A DNA stretch of 64,000 nt. Origin: a bacterium (GTDB lineage Bacteria > Cyanobacteriota > Vampirovibrionia > Gastranaerophilales > JBAXKC01). Location: positions 1-64,000 of the forward strand of contig JBAXKC010000001.1 in assembly GCA_037137535.1 (NCBI GenBank), given 5' to 3'. The translations under genes and the position numbers were made by a program. The notes beneath the pieces were generated by a model. The model saw nothing but the letters and a program-made list of their open reading frames with translations. It ran no database searches and was not told the DNA's origin. Position 1 is the stretch's first letter. Every line of letters starts with the position of its first letter. Positions 1-9,765 of this stretch are shown here, in pieces.

Positions 1-49
1 ATTGTTTTATTTTACATAGGAGTCACTAAGTTTTAAATAGGGGGATTTT

Positions 50-250
50 TTGGGGTCATGTCAGTCTAAAAGGAACAAGATATGTCTTTTCCTTGATAAC
101 GGAAGAAAAGGTTGGGTCGGTAGACAATTAAATGAACTTGCTGTTTTTGATAAATTTAAAGATTTAAGTAAAGAAGATTTTTTTAAGGAGGTACGGAAAA
201 TTTCAGATAAAAAAGCTGAAGACTTCCACCCGATTCCATGTCTTTCCTAG
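50..250 (+). CDS. Hypothetical 66-aa ORF, possibly a gene fragment
   Basis: ORF track; TTG start after a G-rich SD-like run; no recognisable motif. Confidence 0.3.
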   Translation: MGSCQSKRNKICLFLDNGRKGWVGRQLNELAVFDKFKDLSKEDFFKEVRKISDKKAEDFHPIPCLS

Positions 251-359
251 TTTTAAAAAATGCAAAACGGCTAGCACTACTTGCCATTTTCTTGCAACAG
301 CCTCTACCCTTTAACCACAGGCGATTTGACGCTAACGCCCTGCATTTTGGCTTGAACTG

Positions 360-391
360 ATTTTGCAGAAATGTGGCAATTTCTGCAAAAT
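360..391. repeat. Perfect inverted repeat (13-bp arms, 6-nt loop)
   Basis: ATTTTGCAGAAAT-gtggca-ATTTCTGCAAAAT. Confidence 0.8.
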
Positions 392-600
392 GACTTAAAC
401 TAAAATTGCTTCGTTTTTCTTAATTTTGCATGCCTCAATTACGCTTATATTAGCACTCTTGCATTTTGACTAGCACTACGCAATACAGCTAAAACTGCCA
501 GATAAATTACATAAACCACACAACAGACTCAAATAGACACTAAAAAAGCCTAAAATAAAGTCACTAATCTTATTAAATAAGTGATGAACCAGAAGCAATC

Positions 601-643
601 CGCACTTGGTTCACAATCAAACACTCTATCCAACTGACCTACC
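601..643 (-). pseudogene. Degenerate tRNA-like fragment (D-arm plus anticodon arm only)
   Basis: Minus strand GGTAGGTCAGTTGGATAGAGTGTTTGATTGTGAACCAAG resembles the TAGCTCAGTTGGATAGAGT D-arm pattern; no intact T-arm or acceptor stem. Confidence 0.4.
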
Positions 644-647
644 AAAC

Positions 648-685
648 AAAAATAAAGCCCAGAAATTAATCTGGACTTTATTTTT
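648..685. terminator. Intrinsic terminator downstream of tRNA-Ala
   Basis: AAAAATAAAG-c-CCAGA / TCTGG-a-CTTTATTTTT hairpin with A/T tails. Confidence 0.65.
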
Positions 686-757
686 GGAGGTGAGGAGACT
701 CGAACTCCTGACATCATGCGTGCAAGGCAAGCGCTCTACCAACTGAGCTACACCCCC
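685..757 (-). tRNA. tRNA-Ala(UGC)
   Basis: GGGGGTGTAGCTCAGTTGGTAGAGCGCTTGCCTTGCACGCATGATGTCAGGAGTTCGAGTCTCCTCACCTCCA; G3:U70 identity pair; CCA not encoded; one U-U mismatch in the anticodon stem. Confidence 0.95.
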
Positions 758-781
758 ATGTCTTTATATTTGGTTTAAATA

Positions 782-855
<74 letters not shown>

Positions 856-873
856 TCAACTGAGTATGTAATA

Positions 874-902
874 TTTATAACATAGAGGTATTTCAGACGC
901 AA
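874..902 (-). promoter_or_regulatory. Sigma70-type promoter for the tRNA-Ile/Ala pair
   Basis: TTGCGT-N17-TATAAA with TG one base before the -10 box, about 20 nt upstream of tRNA-Ile. Confidence 0.55.
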
Positions 903-933
903 GCTATTTCTACTATTTTTTTGAGATTTTTTT

Positions 934-1905
934 TTAAAACATAGGTGAAATTATTTTATAGAGAGGATAACCAATTTTTAAAACAGAAAAGATAGGAGAG
1001 AAACTTATTATTTTCTTTCTTTTTTTAACCTTTTTTGTCAAAATCAATGGCTCGGTTTTTAGCAACTCAATACCATACTGCCCAATTTCAATATCTTTTT
1101 CTTCAAGTGAAATTAACTTTGTTCTTTCGGCATTAGCATTTATAGTCCATAACCCTAAAAAAGTTTTACCGTCATTATTATATCCATAAGCTTTAAAAAT
1201 AATCTGATCATGATTATTTTTATCCCACCCAAGCGGGGTTATATCCCATCTCAGCTCTGATAAATCTAATTTTTTATATGTTTTCCAAAAATACAATACA
1301 GCTTTTCTTGCTTCTTCAAGGTTTCTTGAAGTACCTGTATTACAGTCAAAAACCCAAATAGAGGTTGACCATATCCCCCTTAAAAACTCACCGTCTGTTT
1401 CTTTAAAGAGAAGTTTATCAGATCCTACCGACCAATCAACAATAGAAAAAGCCTTAAAATATTCTCTTTGTTGTCCATCAAATCCAATTTCTGCTGCTAT
1501 CGGAGGATTTCTTTTATATGCGTTTGAATCGATAATTTTCCCTATCTGTTGGTCGCTATAAAAAGAAGTATCATTACTTAAAAGATGATTAACAAAAATT
1601 CTTGATGAAGCTTGATGCTGATTTGGATAAAAATACTCGGCAATAAATCCTATTTTAGATTTATCGGGGGAAATAACCGCTTTACCATAAACTTGACGCT
1701 TTTCTGTAAATTGCGAAATATCTGTTTCAATTTTCCCTGGGAAATCATTATAAATTTTAAATGAGTAAATCGGATCAACTTTTACTTGGGGTGTGTTTTT
1801 CTTATGCAAAAGTGAAATTGCCTGCACATCATTTACAAAAATGTTCAACAGGCAAAATATCACTAAAAACGCAAATATAAATGTTTTAAATTTTAACTTA
1901 AACAA
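934..1905 (-). CDS. Exported hypothetical protein with beta-propeller-like repeats
   Basis: Signal peptide (..VQA|I); ISPD, DWS.. and LGWD motifs; overlaps the response regulator stop codon. Confidence 0.7.
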   Translation of the reverse strand: MFKLKFKTFIFAFLVIFCLLNIFVNDVQAISLLHKKNTPQVKVDPIYSFKIYNDFPGKIETDISQFTEKRQVYGKAVISPDKSKIGFIAEYFYPNQHQASSRIFVNHLLSNDTSFYSDQQIGKIIDSNAYKRNPPIAAEIGFDGQQREYFKAFSIVDWSVGSDKLLFKETDGEFLRGIWSTSIWVFDCNTGTSRNLEEARKAVLYFWKTYKKLDLSELRWDITPLGWDKNNHDQIIFKAYGYNNDGKTFLGLWTINANAERTKLISLEEKDIEIGQYGIELLKTEPLILTKKVKKRKKIISFSPIFSVLKIGYPLYKIISPMF

Positions 1906-2587
1906 GACCTTCTCTCATCGCCATAACTGCTGCTTGAGTTCTATCATTAACACAAAGTTTCTGAAGAATACTGTGAACATGAGCTTTTGCGGTTGCTCTT
2001 GTTATAAACAACTTTTCTGCAATTTCAGGATTAGAAAGACCATCAACAATAAGTCTTAACACTTCAAATTCTCTGGGTGTAAGCCCAACAGTAAGAGCAA
2101 ATTTGCTCGGATTCTTTTCTGTAAGTATTTGAGCATCCTGCTTATTATTACGCTTGGTTAAGTTTCTTAAAACCAACTTAGCAATTGCTGGATCAATCCA
2201 TGCAGCTCCTTCACTAACTGCTCTTATAGCTGAAATAAGCTGCTCGGGAGAAGCACCTTTCATTATATAAGCATCAGCGCCTGCACCAAAAGCTGCAAAT
2301 ACATCCTGTTCACTATCTCTTGACGTGAAAACAAGAACATTACAAGAGGGCTTAGCTTCTTTTATTCTTTTTGTAGCCTCAATACCATCAACAATGGGCA
2401 GACCAATATCCATTAAAATAACATCGGGATCCATTTGAAGTGCTAATTTTATTCCAAGCTGACCATCTTCCGCTTCTGCAATGAGTTCAATGTCTTCAGC
2501 TTTTTCAAGCACTAATTGAAGCCCCATTCTAGTCATTGTATGGTCTTCAACAAGCAATACCTTTATTTTTTTATTAAGTTCTCCCAT
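1898..2587 (-). CDS. NarL/FixJ-family response regulator (REC + LuxR HTH)
   Basis: LVEDH, LMDIGLP, LTPREFEVLRLIVDGLSNPEIAEKL. Confidence 0.95.
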   Translation of the reverse strand: MGELNKKIKVLLVEDHTMTRMGLQLVLEKAEDIELIAEAEDGQLGIKLALQMDPDVILMDIGLPIVDGIEATKRIKEAKPSCNVLVFTSRDSEQDVFAAFGAGADAYIMKGASPEQLISAIRAVSEGAAWIDPAIAKLVLRNLTKRNNKQDAQILTEKNPSKFALTVGLTPREFEVLRLIVDGLSNPEIAEKLFITRATAKAHVHSILQKLCVNDRTQAAVMAMREGLV

Positions 2588-2623
2588 TGTTACCTCATTA
2601 ATATAATGTAAATCAATAAATTT

Positions 2624-4096
2624 CTATTTTTCTAAAGGAATAGTGAACCCGAAATTACTGCCAACTCCTACTTTGCTATCAACAAATACCGTACCGCCAT
2701 GAGCTGAAACGATTTGTCTGCTTAAATATAAGCCCAGCCCTGTACCTGTAGAACGTTTTATAGCCGTCCCTTGTGAAAAACGTTTAAACATATTTAAAAT
2801 ATCTGTTTCAGGTATTCCCGATCCATTGTCAGAAACAGTAATTTTGACTTCACTTTCAAGTATATCAGTTTTTATTATTATCCTGCCGTTTTCTTGCGTG
2901 AACTTTACGGCATTACCAAGAAGATTAGCCAAAACTCTTTTCATCTCGGCTCTATCAATAAATACTTCAATATCTTTTGCCATATTAACATTAACTTCTG
3001 TTGATTTTTTAGTGAGCAACGGTTCAATTTCATTGACGCAAGAATTTATCAAATCTGACAGTTTAACAGCTTCTTTACATAAATATAACTGCCCTGACTC
3101 ATAGCGATAGACCTCAAGCAACGAATTAACCAAATAAAGCATATCCTGATTTGACGAAAGCATTGTTTCAAGGAATTTTTTTGGACGTTCTGCTAATTCA
3201 CCTAACGTTCCATCGACAAAAAACTTTAATGTCTGTATAGCCGCCTGAAGAGGGGTTCTTAAATCATGTGCAAGCGTTGCGGTAAAATCATCTCGAAGCT
3301 GTTCAGCTTCTTTTTGAGCTGTTATATCTCTAACAGAAACGACAAATTCGTTTAAATTGTTCTCAGTAAATAAGGGAGCGATATTTATATCAACAGGAAC
3401 AACTTTATTTTGCTCAAAATTATTTATCCAACAATCTCGCACAAGAGAAGTTTTATCGTTATCAATATTGACTAATGAATTATAACCTTCTGAATTACGA
3501 ACAATATCACCAAGATTCCAGTCATTTAAGTCATAATGTTTTTTTCCGCACATATTTTTAAATGTGGGATTATATGATGAAATTTGTCCATCATTCTTTA
3601 TTGTTACAATGCCGTCTGCACAACTGTCTAAAACAGCATTAAGCTTATTGTTCGTTTCATTTAATTCTTTTGTTCTTTGCTCAACAAGTGACTCTAATCT
3701 TTCTACAAGATGACTTCGTTCAATACCTGTTTTTATAGAAAGCAAGAAATCATCATTATCCCACGGTTTTTGAAGATATCTAAAAATACCGACTTCATTG
3801 ATTGCTTTTATTGCATTTTCTTTATCTGCATAACCTGTAAGAAGTATAGTACTTACTCCGGGCTGATATTCTTTAACTTTTTTTAGAAATTCTATCCCGT
3901 TCAGTTCAGGCATTAAAAAGTCTGATATAACTAAAGAAACTTCATTTTCTCGAATGAAATCAACCGCCTCTAAAGGATTATTAAAAGCAGTACAATCCGC
4001 CTCCAACTCAAGCATTAAAAGAGCTTGAATACTTTGTGTAATCATTTTTTCATCATCAACTATGATGATTTTAGGTGCTTGTATAGAAAAATCCAT
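2624..4096 (-). CDS. Hybrid sensor histidine kinase (REC-PAS-HisKA-HATPase)
   Basis: N-terminal VDDE/SDFLMP; VRDIT PAC end; AHDLRTPL H-box; NAVKF, DNGSGI and GTGLGL boxes. Confidence 0.95.
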   Translation of the reverse strand: MDFSIQAPKIIIVDDEKMITQSIQALLMLELEADCTAFNNPLEAVDFIRENEVSLVISDFLMPELNGIEFLKKVKEYQPGVSTILLTGYADKENAIKAINEVGIFRYLQKPWDNDDFLLSIKTGIERSHLVERLESLVEQRTKELNETNNKLNAVLDSCADGIVTIKNDGQISSYNPTFKNMCGKKHYDLNDWNLGDIVRNSEGYNSLVNIDNDKTSLVRDCWINNFEQNKVVPVDINIAPLFTENNLNEFVVSVRDITAQKEAEQLRDDFTATLAHDLRTPLQAAIQTLKFFVDGTLGELAERPKKFLETMLSSNQDMLYLVNSLLEVYRYESGQLYLCKEAVKLSDLINSCVNEIEPLLTKKSTEVNVNMAKDIEVFIDRAEMKRVLANLLGNAVKFTQENGRIIIKTDILESEVKITVSDNGSGIPETDILNMFKRFSQGTAIKRSTGTGLGLYLSRQIVSAHGGTVFVDSKVGVGSNFGFTIPLEK

Positions 4097-4384
4097 ATAA
4101 TACCTGATTTATAGTAATGCTCAACATAATTTTATTATAGCTTTTAATTTCAAATCCTATGAATTAAGTTTTGTAAATTTTCATAGAAAAGTTTAAGCAT
4201 TTTAAAAACAGAAGAGAAATAAAAAACGAAGAAAAACAAGGAACTAAAAGGCTTTTCATATTTCAAAAGAAATAAAATATAAAAATAACACTAAAGGTAA
4301 ATTAATTTTTTTTTAGCAAATATAGCTCATTGCTGATAAAATTGTTGTAACACATTTATAAATAAATTAAGAGTAAAGTATAAA

Positions 4385-4942
4385 ATGTCAAAAAAGTTTA
4401 TTATTTTAGCATTAGCGATGAGTACAATCCTTTTAGTAGGACTATGGGCTTATGGAGTATCAAAAGACATCACTAAAGATTTAAAACAAACAAGAGAAAT
4501 TACCGCAAAAAATGATGAAAACGTTGACATGAGCGGCTTATTACTTACAGAGACTAAAGATGGGCAAAAGTTTTGGGAAATCTATGCAATAAAAGGCAAA
4601 TATATAAAAAATAAAACAATTGCAAAGTTAAAAACAGTTAAAGGTAATATTTATAAAGACAATAAACTTGTCTTAAGCTTCAAAGCCCCTGATGCTCTTT
4701 ATAATGATAGCAACAAAAACTTAAAGCTAATGAATGGAGCACTAGCCGTTTCAGATAGCGGGCTGATAATCTCTTCAAATCAGATAGAATGGTCAAATAA
4801 AGCTGATTTATTTTATGCAACAGGCGATGTAAGAATCAAACAAGGTAAAAAGTTTTATTCAACAGGCAATTACTCGGTATTTAACAGAGAATTTACGAGC
4901 TTTAAAATGAAAGGCCATGCTAAAACTCGAGTTTACCAATAA
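4385..4942 (+). CDS. lptC: LPS export protein LptC
   Basis: N-terminal anchor, beta-jellyroll-like sequence, first gene of the lpt cluster. Confidence 0.75.
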   Translation: MSKKFIILALAMSTILLVGLWAYGVSKDITKDLKQTREITAKNDENVDMSGLLLTETKDGQKFWEIYAIKGKYIKNKTIAKLKTVKGNIYKDNKLVLSFKAPDALYNDSNKNLKLMNGALAVSDSGLIISSNQIEWSNKADLFYATGDVRIKQGKKFYSTGNYSVFNREFTSFKMKGHAKTRVYQ

Positions 4943-4984
4943 AAAAAGTGTTTATCGTAAGATCAAGACAATGGAAGAAAAATA

Positions 4985-6010
4985 ATGAAAAAGAGACTAA
5001 TACTTGGAACTTTAATAACTTTAACAGCAATCTTTTCTGCCGGAATAGGTATAGCTCAACAAAATGTACTGATTAATTCAGACAAACAAGTTTTTGATGC
5101 AACTGCAAATAAAACTGTATTTGAAGGAAATGTTAAAGTAGCAGCTAATGGTGTTAATATAACAGGAAAAAAAGCATTTGTTACTCTTAATGAACAAGGA
5201 CAACCTTCTCTAGCGACAATAACAGGAAATCCCGAAGCCGTTAAAATTAATGGAGCAACAAAACAAGTTGTTACTGCAAATGTTCTTAAAGTTTCACTTT
5301 TGGACAATATTGCAGAAGCTGAAGGCAATGTAAAAAGCGTTATAACCGATAGTGGAAACCCTGTAGCCGTTATAACCTCTGAATATCAGCAATTTGATAA
5401 AAACACAGGACTTATAAAAGCTAATACTAACGTAAAAATAGACTATAAAGACATAAAAACCGTTTCAAGCAAAGCAGATATAACTCTTAATGCGGCAGGA
5501 AAACCTGAACATGTCAAATTAACAGGAAACGCAAACCTTAAACAGGGTAAGAGTAACGTCAAGGCAAATGTACTAGACTTCACTCCAGAATCTAATGAAC
5601 TTGTAGCGAGCGGCTCATCATATTCCCAAACTACACTTGACGATGGAACTGTTGCTCATATCTGGGCAGGCGTTCAACAAATGTCAAAGGCTAATAATTC
5701 ATTAATTGCCAGCGAAAAAGTAAAAGTAATTTATCAGGATTATTTGGCAACAGGTCCAAAAGCCGTGTTTTTACCTGATAAGTCAGGACAAATGAATAAA
5801 ATTGTAATGCGTGGAATGTCGACAATTGTGGAAGGACCAAGGCAGGTAACAGCTTCAAAAATAGAAATAACAATCAATCCAAAGAATTTTATAGCTGAAG
5901 GCGGAGTTAAAACAAAATTCACTCAAGAACAAAAATCAGCAACAGATACCACTAGCAAAGAAAAAACAACAAAAAAGAAAAAAGAAGTGCATAAAAAAAA
6001 TAATGGATAG
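4985..6010 (+). CDS. lptA: LptA/OstA-family periplasmic protein with repeated OstA domains
   Basis: Signal peptide; INSDKQ..FEGNV and AEGNV repeats; lies between lptC and lptB. Confidence 0.85.
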   Translation: MKKRLILGTLITLTAIFSAGIGIAQQNVLINSDKQVFDATANKTVFEGNVKVAANGVNITGKKAFVTLNEQGQPSLATITGNPEAVKINGATKQVVTANVLKVSLLDNIAEAEGNVKSVITDSGNPVAVITSEYQQFDKNTGLIKANTNVKIDYKDIKTVSSKADITLNAAGKPEHVKLTGNANLKQGKSNVKANVLDFTPESNELVASGSSYSQTTLDDGTVAHIWAGVQQMSKANNSLIASEKVKVIYQDYLATGPKAVFLPDKSGQMNKIVMRGMSTIVEGPRQVTASKIEITINPKNFIAEGGVKTKFTQEQKSATDTTSKEKTTKKKKEVHKKNNG

Positions 6011-6015
6011 GTAAA

Positions 6016-6738
6016 ATGACGATACAAGTTTGCGGAATTAAAAAAATATATGACGACAGAGCGGTCGTTAATGATATAAGTTTTGAAGTAAATCCAGGAG
6101 AAGTTGTCGGATTACTCGGGCCTAACGGAGCAGGAAAAACCACTACTTTTTACATTGTAGTTGGTCTTGTTAATGCTGATGGCGGAAGAGTTTTACTTGA
6201 TGATCAGGATTTAACGGAAAAACCAATGCACGAAAGAGCAATTGCAGGAATTGGTTATCTTCCTCAAGAAACTTCTATTTTCAGAAAATTATCAGTAGAA
6301 GACAACATTAACCTTGTTCTAGAAATGAACAAAAAACTAGATAATAATCAACGAAAAACAAAACTTGAAGAATTACTTGAAGATTTTGGTCTTACAAAAA
6401 TAAGAAAAAGTGCAAGTGTTCAGCTTTCAGGCGGAGAAAAAAGAAGGGTGGAAATAGCAAGAGCTTTAGCAGCTGACCCTAAATTCATTTTGCTTGATGA
6501 ACCTTTTACAGGTATTGACCCTATTGCAATTATGGATATTCAAGAACACATCAAAGGACTCAAACAGCGTGGGATTGGGGTGTTAATAACCGACCATAAC
6601 CCAAAAGCGACTTTATCTATTACTGATAGAGCCTATATAATTTATGACGGAAGTATAAAAGTATCAGGAACAAATTTAGAAGTTTCAAACAATCCTATTG
6701 CTAAGAAATTCTATCTTGGAAACGACTTTGAACTTTAA
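6016..6738 (+). CDS. lptB: LPS export ABC transporter ATPase
   Basis: [47 protein letters not shown]. Confidence 0.97.
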   Translation: MTIQVCGIKKIYDDRAVVNDISFEVNPGEVVGLLGPNGAGKTTTFYIVVGLVNADGGRVLLDDQDLTEKPMHERAIAGIGYLPQETSIFRKLSVEDNINLVLEMNKKLDNNQRKTKLEELLEDFGLTKIRKSASVQLSGGEKRRVEIARALAADPKFILLDEPFTGIDPIAIMDIQEHIKGLKQRGIGVLITDHNPKATLSITDRAYIIYDGSIKVSGTNLEVSNNPIAKKFYLGNDFEL

Positions 6739-6765
6739 TATTATTAACGAATAAGAGTAAAATAA

Positions 6766-7860
6766 ATGAAACTTATTGATAAATATATATTCAAACAGAT
6801 TGCACTGGCTACAATTATGGGAGTACTTATTTTTATTGTATTTTGGATTTCTCCTGAAATACTTATAAGAATTATTCGCCAAACAATGAATGGGCAAGTA
6901 TCACCCATTGAAGCAATAAAACTATTCTTTTTAGAAATACCCGAAATTCTCAGCAAAGCTATTCCTGTCGGATTAATGCTCGGCAGTTTATTTGTTTTTG
7001 ATAAATTAAGCAGAGATTCTGAACTTATAATTATAAGAAGCGTAGGGGTCAGTCTTAAAAGACTGCTTGTTCCTGTTCTTGTAATCAGTTCTTTTGCAAG
7101 TATATTATGTTTTTTCACCTATGATTATTTAATTCCTTCAAGTGAAAAGGCTATGTTAAATGTTCAAGGAATGGAATCAACTCATTTTGTGTATGTTGAT
7201 AAAGATAAAGAAAATATACCCAAGAAAATTTTTATTGTAGGAAACTTTGATAATAAAAAAGTCGGAGAAGTTAAATTTTTAACATTATCCAAAAATAAGG
7301 AAAGCACAGTTCCTGAAATTAACGAAGTATTAACTGCTGATTATGCAAAATATTCAAAAGAAAAATGGACTTTATATAACGGTTATCAATATGAAATATC
7401 TGACGATGGTGTTTATAAAGAAATACATAAATTTACTACAAAAGATGTTTTAGAAGGCACACCCGCAACTAATGCTCAGACTTTAATGAAAAATTCAATA
7501 AAAAAACCTACTCAAATGACACTAAAAGAACTATCTGATCATTATAATTTATTAGCCTCACTTGGAATAGAAGATGAACTTGGCTATTTTAAAAATAAAA
7601 TACACCAGAGATTTTCAATGCCTTTTAGTTGTATTCTATTTGGACTTTGCGGAGTTATTTTAGGATATGGAAAACCGAGGGAACATAAGTTTATAGGACT
7701 TATTGCAGGTATATGCCTAGTTTTTCTTTATTTTATAACAATGCCTTTTATAGATATGCTAGCAGAACATAGAATAATATATCCAGTTATAGCCGCATGG
7801 TTGCCGAATATGCTTGTATTAGGAACAACCATAAGCTTTTTAAAATACAGAAGAATTTAA
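6766..7860 (+). CDS. LptF/LptG-family permease
   Basis: LIDKYI start, LSRDSELII motif, six TM segments, AAWLPN. Confidence 0.9.
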   Translation: MKLIDKYIFKQIALATIMGVLIFIVFWISPEILIRIIRQTMNGQVSPIEAIKLFFLEIPEILSKAIPVGLMLGSLFVFDKLSRDSELIIIRSVGVSLKRLLVPVLVISSFASILCFFTYDYLIPSSEKAMLNVQGMESTHFVYVDKDKENIPKKIFIVGNFDNKKVGEVKFLTLSKNKESTVPEINEVLTADYAKYSKEKWTLYNGYQYEISDDGVYKEIHKFTTKDVLEGTPATNAQTLMKNSIKKPTQMTLKELSDHYNLLASLGIEDELGYFKNKIHQRFSMPFSCILFGLCGVILGYGKPREHKFIGLIAGICLVFLYFITMPFIDMLAEHRIIYPVIAAWLPNMLVLGTTISFLKYRRI

Positions 7861-7885
7861 GCTGAAGCTAAAAAATAAACATACC

Positions 7886-7909
7886 AAAAACCGCATAAAG
7901 CGGTTTTTT
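7886..7909. terminator. Bidirectional intrinsic terminator
   Basis: AAAAACCGC-ataaa-GCGGTTTTTT between convergent genes. Confidence 0.8.
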
Positions 7910-7929
7910 ATTGCCCGAAATATAATTAT

Positions 7930-9069
7930 TTAAAAATCATCTGCTTTTATATATTTATTAAAAGTTTTATGCAAAATACTATATTCATTGTAATATTTTT
8001 CAGGCTCTTGAGATGCAGAATAAAAAACTTGCTCAAGTTCCATAAAAATTCTTGTTATTTCAGGATCAAACTGAGCACCTGTACATTTTTGTATTTCTTC
8101 AATAGCAACACTATGAGCAAGGCCTTTTCTATAAGATCTATTTGACGTCATAGCATCATAAGTATCAGCAACAGAAAGGATTCTAGCCGGAAGAGGAATC
8201 TCATCACCTTTTAAACCAAGAGGATAACCTTTACCGTCCCATCTTTCATGGTGACTTCCAAGCCAAAAAGAAACATCATCAAGCTTATTTATTTCACTAA
8301 GAATTTTTCTTCCCATTCCTGGATGTTGTTTAATGACATCAAACTCATCATTAGTGAGCTTTCCTGCTTTACATAAAATACCCTCGGGAACTCCTATTTT
8401 ACCAATATCATGCATTAATCCTGCAATTTCTATCTGTTCTTTTGTCTCATCATCAATATTCATAGCACATGCAAGAATTAATGCATACATAGTAACTCTA
8501 TAAGAATGTCCATGTGTATAAGCGTCTTTAGCATCAAGTGCGCTGGAAATTGATTTTACAGTTGTAAAAAATAACTCTCTTAAATCTTTTGCTAATATAT
8601 TTCTGTTCAATGTCAACTCATAGGCTTTTACTGCCTGATCAACAGCCAGTTTCAATTCATCAAGATCAAAGGGTTTATTTATATATTGAAATAAATTACA
8701 GTTATTTACGCCATCAACCATTGCATCTACATCAGTATAGGCAGTAAGCAGCATTTTTATTATATTAGGATAAAGGATTGCAGCTTGAGTAAGAAACTCT
8801 GTACCCGTCATTCCTGGCATCTTCTGATCGCTTATAATTATAGAAATATTAGTACCATGTTGCTTTACCAGCTCAAGTGCTTCCATACCGCTTTGAGCCG
8901 TTAAAACATCAAATTCTTTTCTTAATGACCTGTTAAGTAAACTGAGATTTTCCATTTCATCATCTACAACAAGAATTGTATGCTTTGTTTTACTTGCAAA
9001 TAAATTAGAAAAAGCATATTTAAACTTTTCCTTATAAATATTCGAAATTGTTTTATCTATTTGCGTCAT
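7930..9069 (-). CDS. Response regulator with HD-GYP c-di-GMP phosphodiesterase domain
   Basis: REC (VDDE, SDQKMP); YTHGHS, HDIGKIG, HHERWDGKGYP, DTYDAMTSNRSYR. Confidence 0.95.
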   Translation of the reverse strand: MTQIDKTISNIYKEKFKYAFSNLFASKTKHTILVVDDEMENLSLLNRSLRKEFDVLTAQSGMEALELVKQHGTNISIIISDQKMPGMTGTEFLTQAAILYPNIIKMLLTAYTDVDAMVDGVNNCNLFQYINKPFDLDELKLAVDQAVKAYELTLNRNILAKDLRELFFTTVKSISSALDAKDAYTHGHSYRVTMYALILACAMNIDDETKEQIEIAGLMHDIGKIGVPEGILCKAGKLTNDEFDVIKQHPGMGRKILSEINKLDDVSFWLGSHHERWDGKGYPLGLKGDEIPLPARILSVADTYDAMTSNRSYRKGLAHSVAIEEIQKCTGAQFDPEITRIFMELEQVFYSASQEPEKYYNEYSILHKTFNKYIKADDF

Positions 9070-9100
9070 TTAAAAACTCTTAATCCATTAACAATCTAGT

Positions 9101-9128
9101 ATATCGGTTCAAATTATAAATAACTTGA
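9101..9128 (-). promoter_or_regulatory. Putative sigma28 (FliA/SigD) promoter
   Basis: TCAAG-N15-ACCGATAT about 30 nt upstream of the HD-GYP gene. Confidence 0.5.
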
Positions 9129-9297
9129 GTCTTTATTAAGAAAGATAAAGACTCATATTGCTTAGAGTATAAAATCACTATAAAATTTAAACTAACTAAA
9201 ATGTTTATACTTTAAACTACACTTGAAACTATTTTACATTCAGACCGCAAAAAAATAAACATTTTATTTATTTTTTATACTTTAGATGGAGAAAGAT

Positions 9298-9732
9298 ATG
9301 AAATTTAATCTTTATGAAAATGATAAAACTTTTATAGGCAAATTTGACCATAATTCCGATATTTTAACCGCTATGAATGAGTTTTGTAATCAACATCAAA
9401 TTAAGACAGGTTCTTTTTCAATAATTGGAGCTGTCAAAAAATCCATTTTAGGGTTTTATAATCAACATACAAAGAAATATTCCTCTTTAGAACAATATGA
9501 TAAACCTATGGAAATAGTATCATGTAGTGGAAATATCTCGATTAAAGACGGAAAGTCTTTTACGCACATGCATATAGTTCTTTCTGATGAAGAAGGTAAA
9601 GCTGTCGGAGGACATGTAATGCCAGGTACAATAATATTTGCTGGAGAATTCATTATTCATTCTTACAAAGGTAATGAATTAATCAGATCTTTAGACGAAC
9701 AAACAGGTCTTCCTTTATGGGGAAATTTATAA
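9298..9732 (+). CDS. PPC/DUF296 domain protein
   Basis: IGAV, EIVSCSGNIS, HMHIVLSD and GGHV motifs; start moved to the ATG after GGAG. Confidence 0.9.
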   Translation: MKFNLYENDKTFIGKFDHNSDILTAMNEFCNQHQIKTGSFSIIGAVKKSILGFYNQHTKKYSSLEQYDKPMEIVSCSGNISIKDGKSFTHMHIVLSDEEGKAVGGHVMPGTIIFAGEFIIHSYKGNELIRSLDEQTGLPLWGNL

Positions 9733-9765
9733 TAGTGAGTTAGGTTTCTATTGGAGAATTTATTT

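Noticed and set aside
450-476. CIRCE element (TTAGCACTC-N9-GAGTGCTAA)
   Set aside because: Only the left half matches; the right half reads GACTAGCAC, and no chaperone gene follows
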